A DNA stretch of 64,000 nucleotides. Origin: Ylistrum balloti. Its lineage: Eukaryota. Below are positions 63,022-64,000 of this stretch, in pieces. The notes under the pieces were generated by a model, which was given only the letters and a program-made list of their open reading frames with translations, did not search any database and was not told where the DNA came from. Position 1 is the first letter of the stretch. Every line of letters starts with the position of its first letter. Position numbers and translations under genes: made by a program. The stretch spans positions 248,001 through 312,000 of the forward strand of contig NW_026781904.1 of assembly GCF_031769215.1 (NCBI RefSeq). Reading direction: 5' to 3'.

Positions 63022-63844
63022 GTACTCTTGGATGCCTTAAAGATGTTGTACGCTTGGTCGGATTTTCAACGATTTTCAAATTTTGAGATTCGTTTTTCCA
63101 CCGCTGAACGTTTGTTCCGGAAGTATTATTCTTAGTAACCGTTGAATGATTGGTCAGTCCGCTTTTATCATTGTTGTGCATGTTTTCCACATCTGAAAGT
63201 CGACTGGTCCGCACTGGTTCATTTTTGGCGTGAATTTCGTGGTGATTGTACGTGGTTTGCACAAATTTAGATCGTATTTTTTCCTTGTCCGAGAGACGAT
63301 TTTCCACTTTTTGCATATCTTCCCTACACCTATTATCTATTTCTGTCAGACGGTTTGTCATCATCTCCATATTTTTTGCATGAATTATCTCCCTTTCTGC
63401 GAGACGGTCGTTTAGAATCTGCACATCTTGTGCATGCTTAGTTTCCACTTCTGTCAAGCGTTTGGTAAGCACATCCACTTCTTTTGTGCGCTTATTTTCG
63501 ACTTCTCGTAGTTGTTCGGTAAAACTCTGCATATCTTTTGCGCGCATATTTTCTAATTCTGTCAGGCGATGTGCGAGCGCTACCATATCCTTAACATTCA
63601 AATTTTCTTCTTTTAAATTCCGATTTTCAACGGTCTGTAAATCTTTGACGGTAGAAACATCCCCTGCTGTCTCAGTATTTTGCATAATTGGTATATCAAC
63701 AACTTGAATGAATTGTCTTTGTAAAATAAACTGTTCAATTGCATCCTGTACGTCTTGTGAAAGAGGAATGCTCACTGAAACATGAAAGTGACAAAAATGA
63801 TGTAAGCAAACGAGGGGAACGATATTAGAAAACATGGCTGACAA
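63022..63844 (-). CDS. C1q-domain-containing protein, exon 1 (signal peptide plus 18-residue-repeat coiled coil); spliced product 411 aa
   Basis: Long ORF with a hydrophobic N-terminus and repeats of type RLTEVETKHAQDVQILND. Phase-1 donor C|GTAAGT at 63021 matches the exon 2 acceptor phase (823 + 413 = 1236 nt). Confidence 0.85.
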
Positions 63845-64000
63845 CCTCTTCTCGACTGTTTAGTGTGTTGATAAGTCTGTTGTGTTGTTGCTTATCTATT
63901 GATACAGAAATGATATTGACTAAAAGGCGGTCTGGTCGTATCCGTTTGTATACAATTTTTAAATAGTTTATTTCACTATATCAGATATTTTCGAAGATGG

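Overview
AT-rich, gene-poor, repeat-dense eukaryotic genomic DNA, almost certainly a bivalve mollusc (scallop-like SINEs, Helentron-associated 'pearl'-type elements, C1q-domain gene duplication). There is one 180-N assembly gap (12525-12704). Two intact genes are supported: a single-coding-exon FN3 + transmembrane protein (24019-24747, +) and a two-exon secreted coiled-coil + C1q protein (63844-63022 / 62314-61902, -) with a tandem pseudogene copy (~56575-57700). Mobile DNA: a complete but dead DD34E Tc1 element, a 5'-truncated RTE-X LINE, a decayed CR1/L2-type RT, four copies of one MITE, tRNA-derived SINEs and HINE fragments. There are seven minisatellite arrays (17, 21, 28, 30, 32, 32 and 45 bp units). 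Most interesting: (1) a dispersed inverted-repeat family (four arms at ~1.4 kb, 13.5 kb and twice at 46.3-46.6 kb) whose consensus rebuilds a minimal type I hammerhead ribozyme, plus a separate hammerhead core with a 13-bp stem II at 17651; (2) a 2.1-kb 17-bp minisatellite that appears to have grown out of the 'NEYVAA(I)LMDLSKAFD' codons of a dead reverse transcriptase; (3) a young 32-bp array beside its older diverged relative; (4) a C1q 3'UTR made almost entirely of a 30-bp array that stays open in frame for 296 codons past the stop. All family assignments come from motif recognition by eye; no searches were run.
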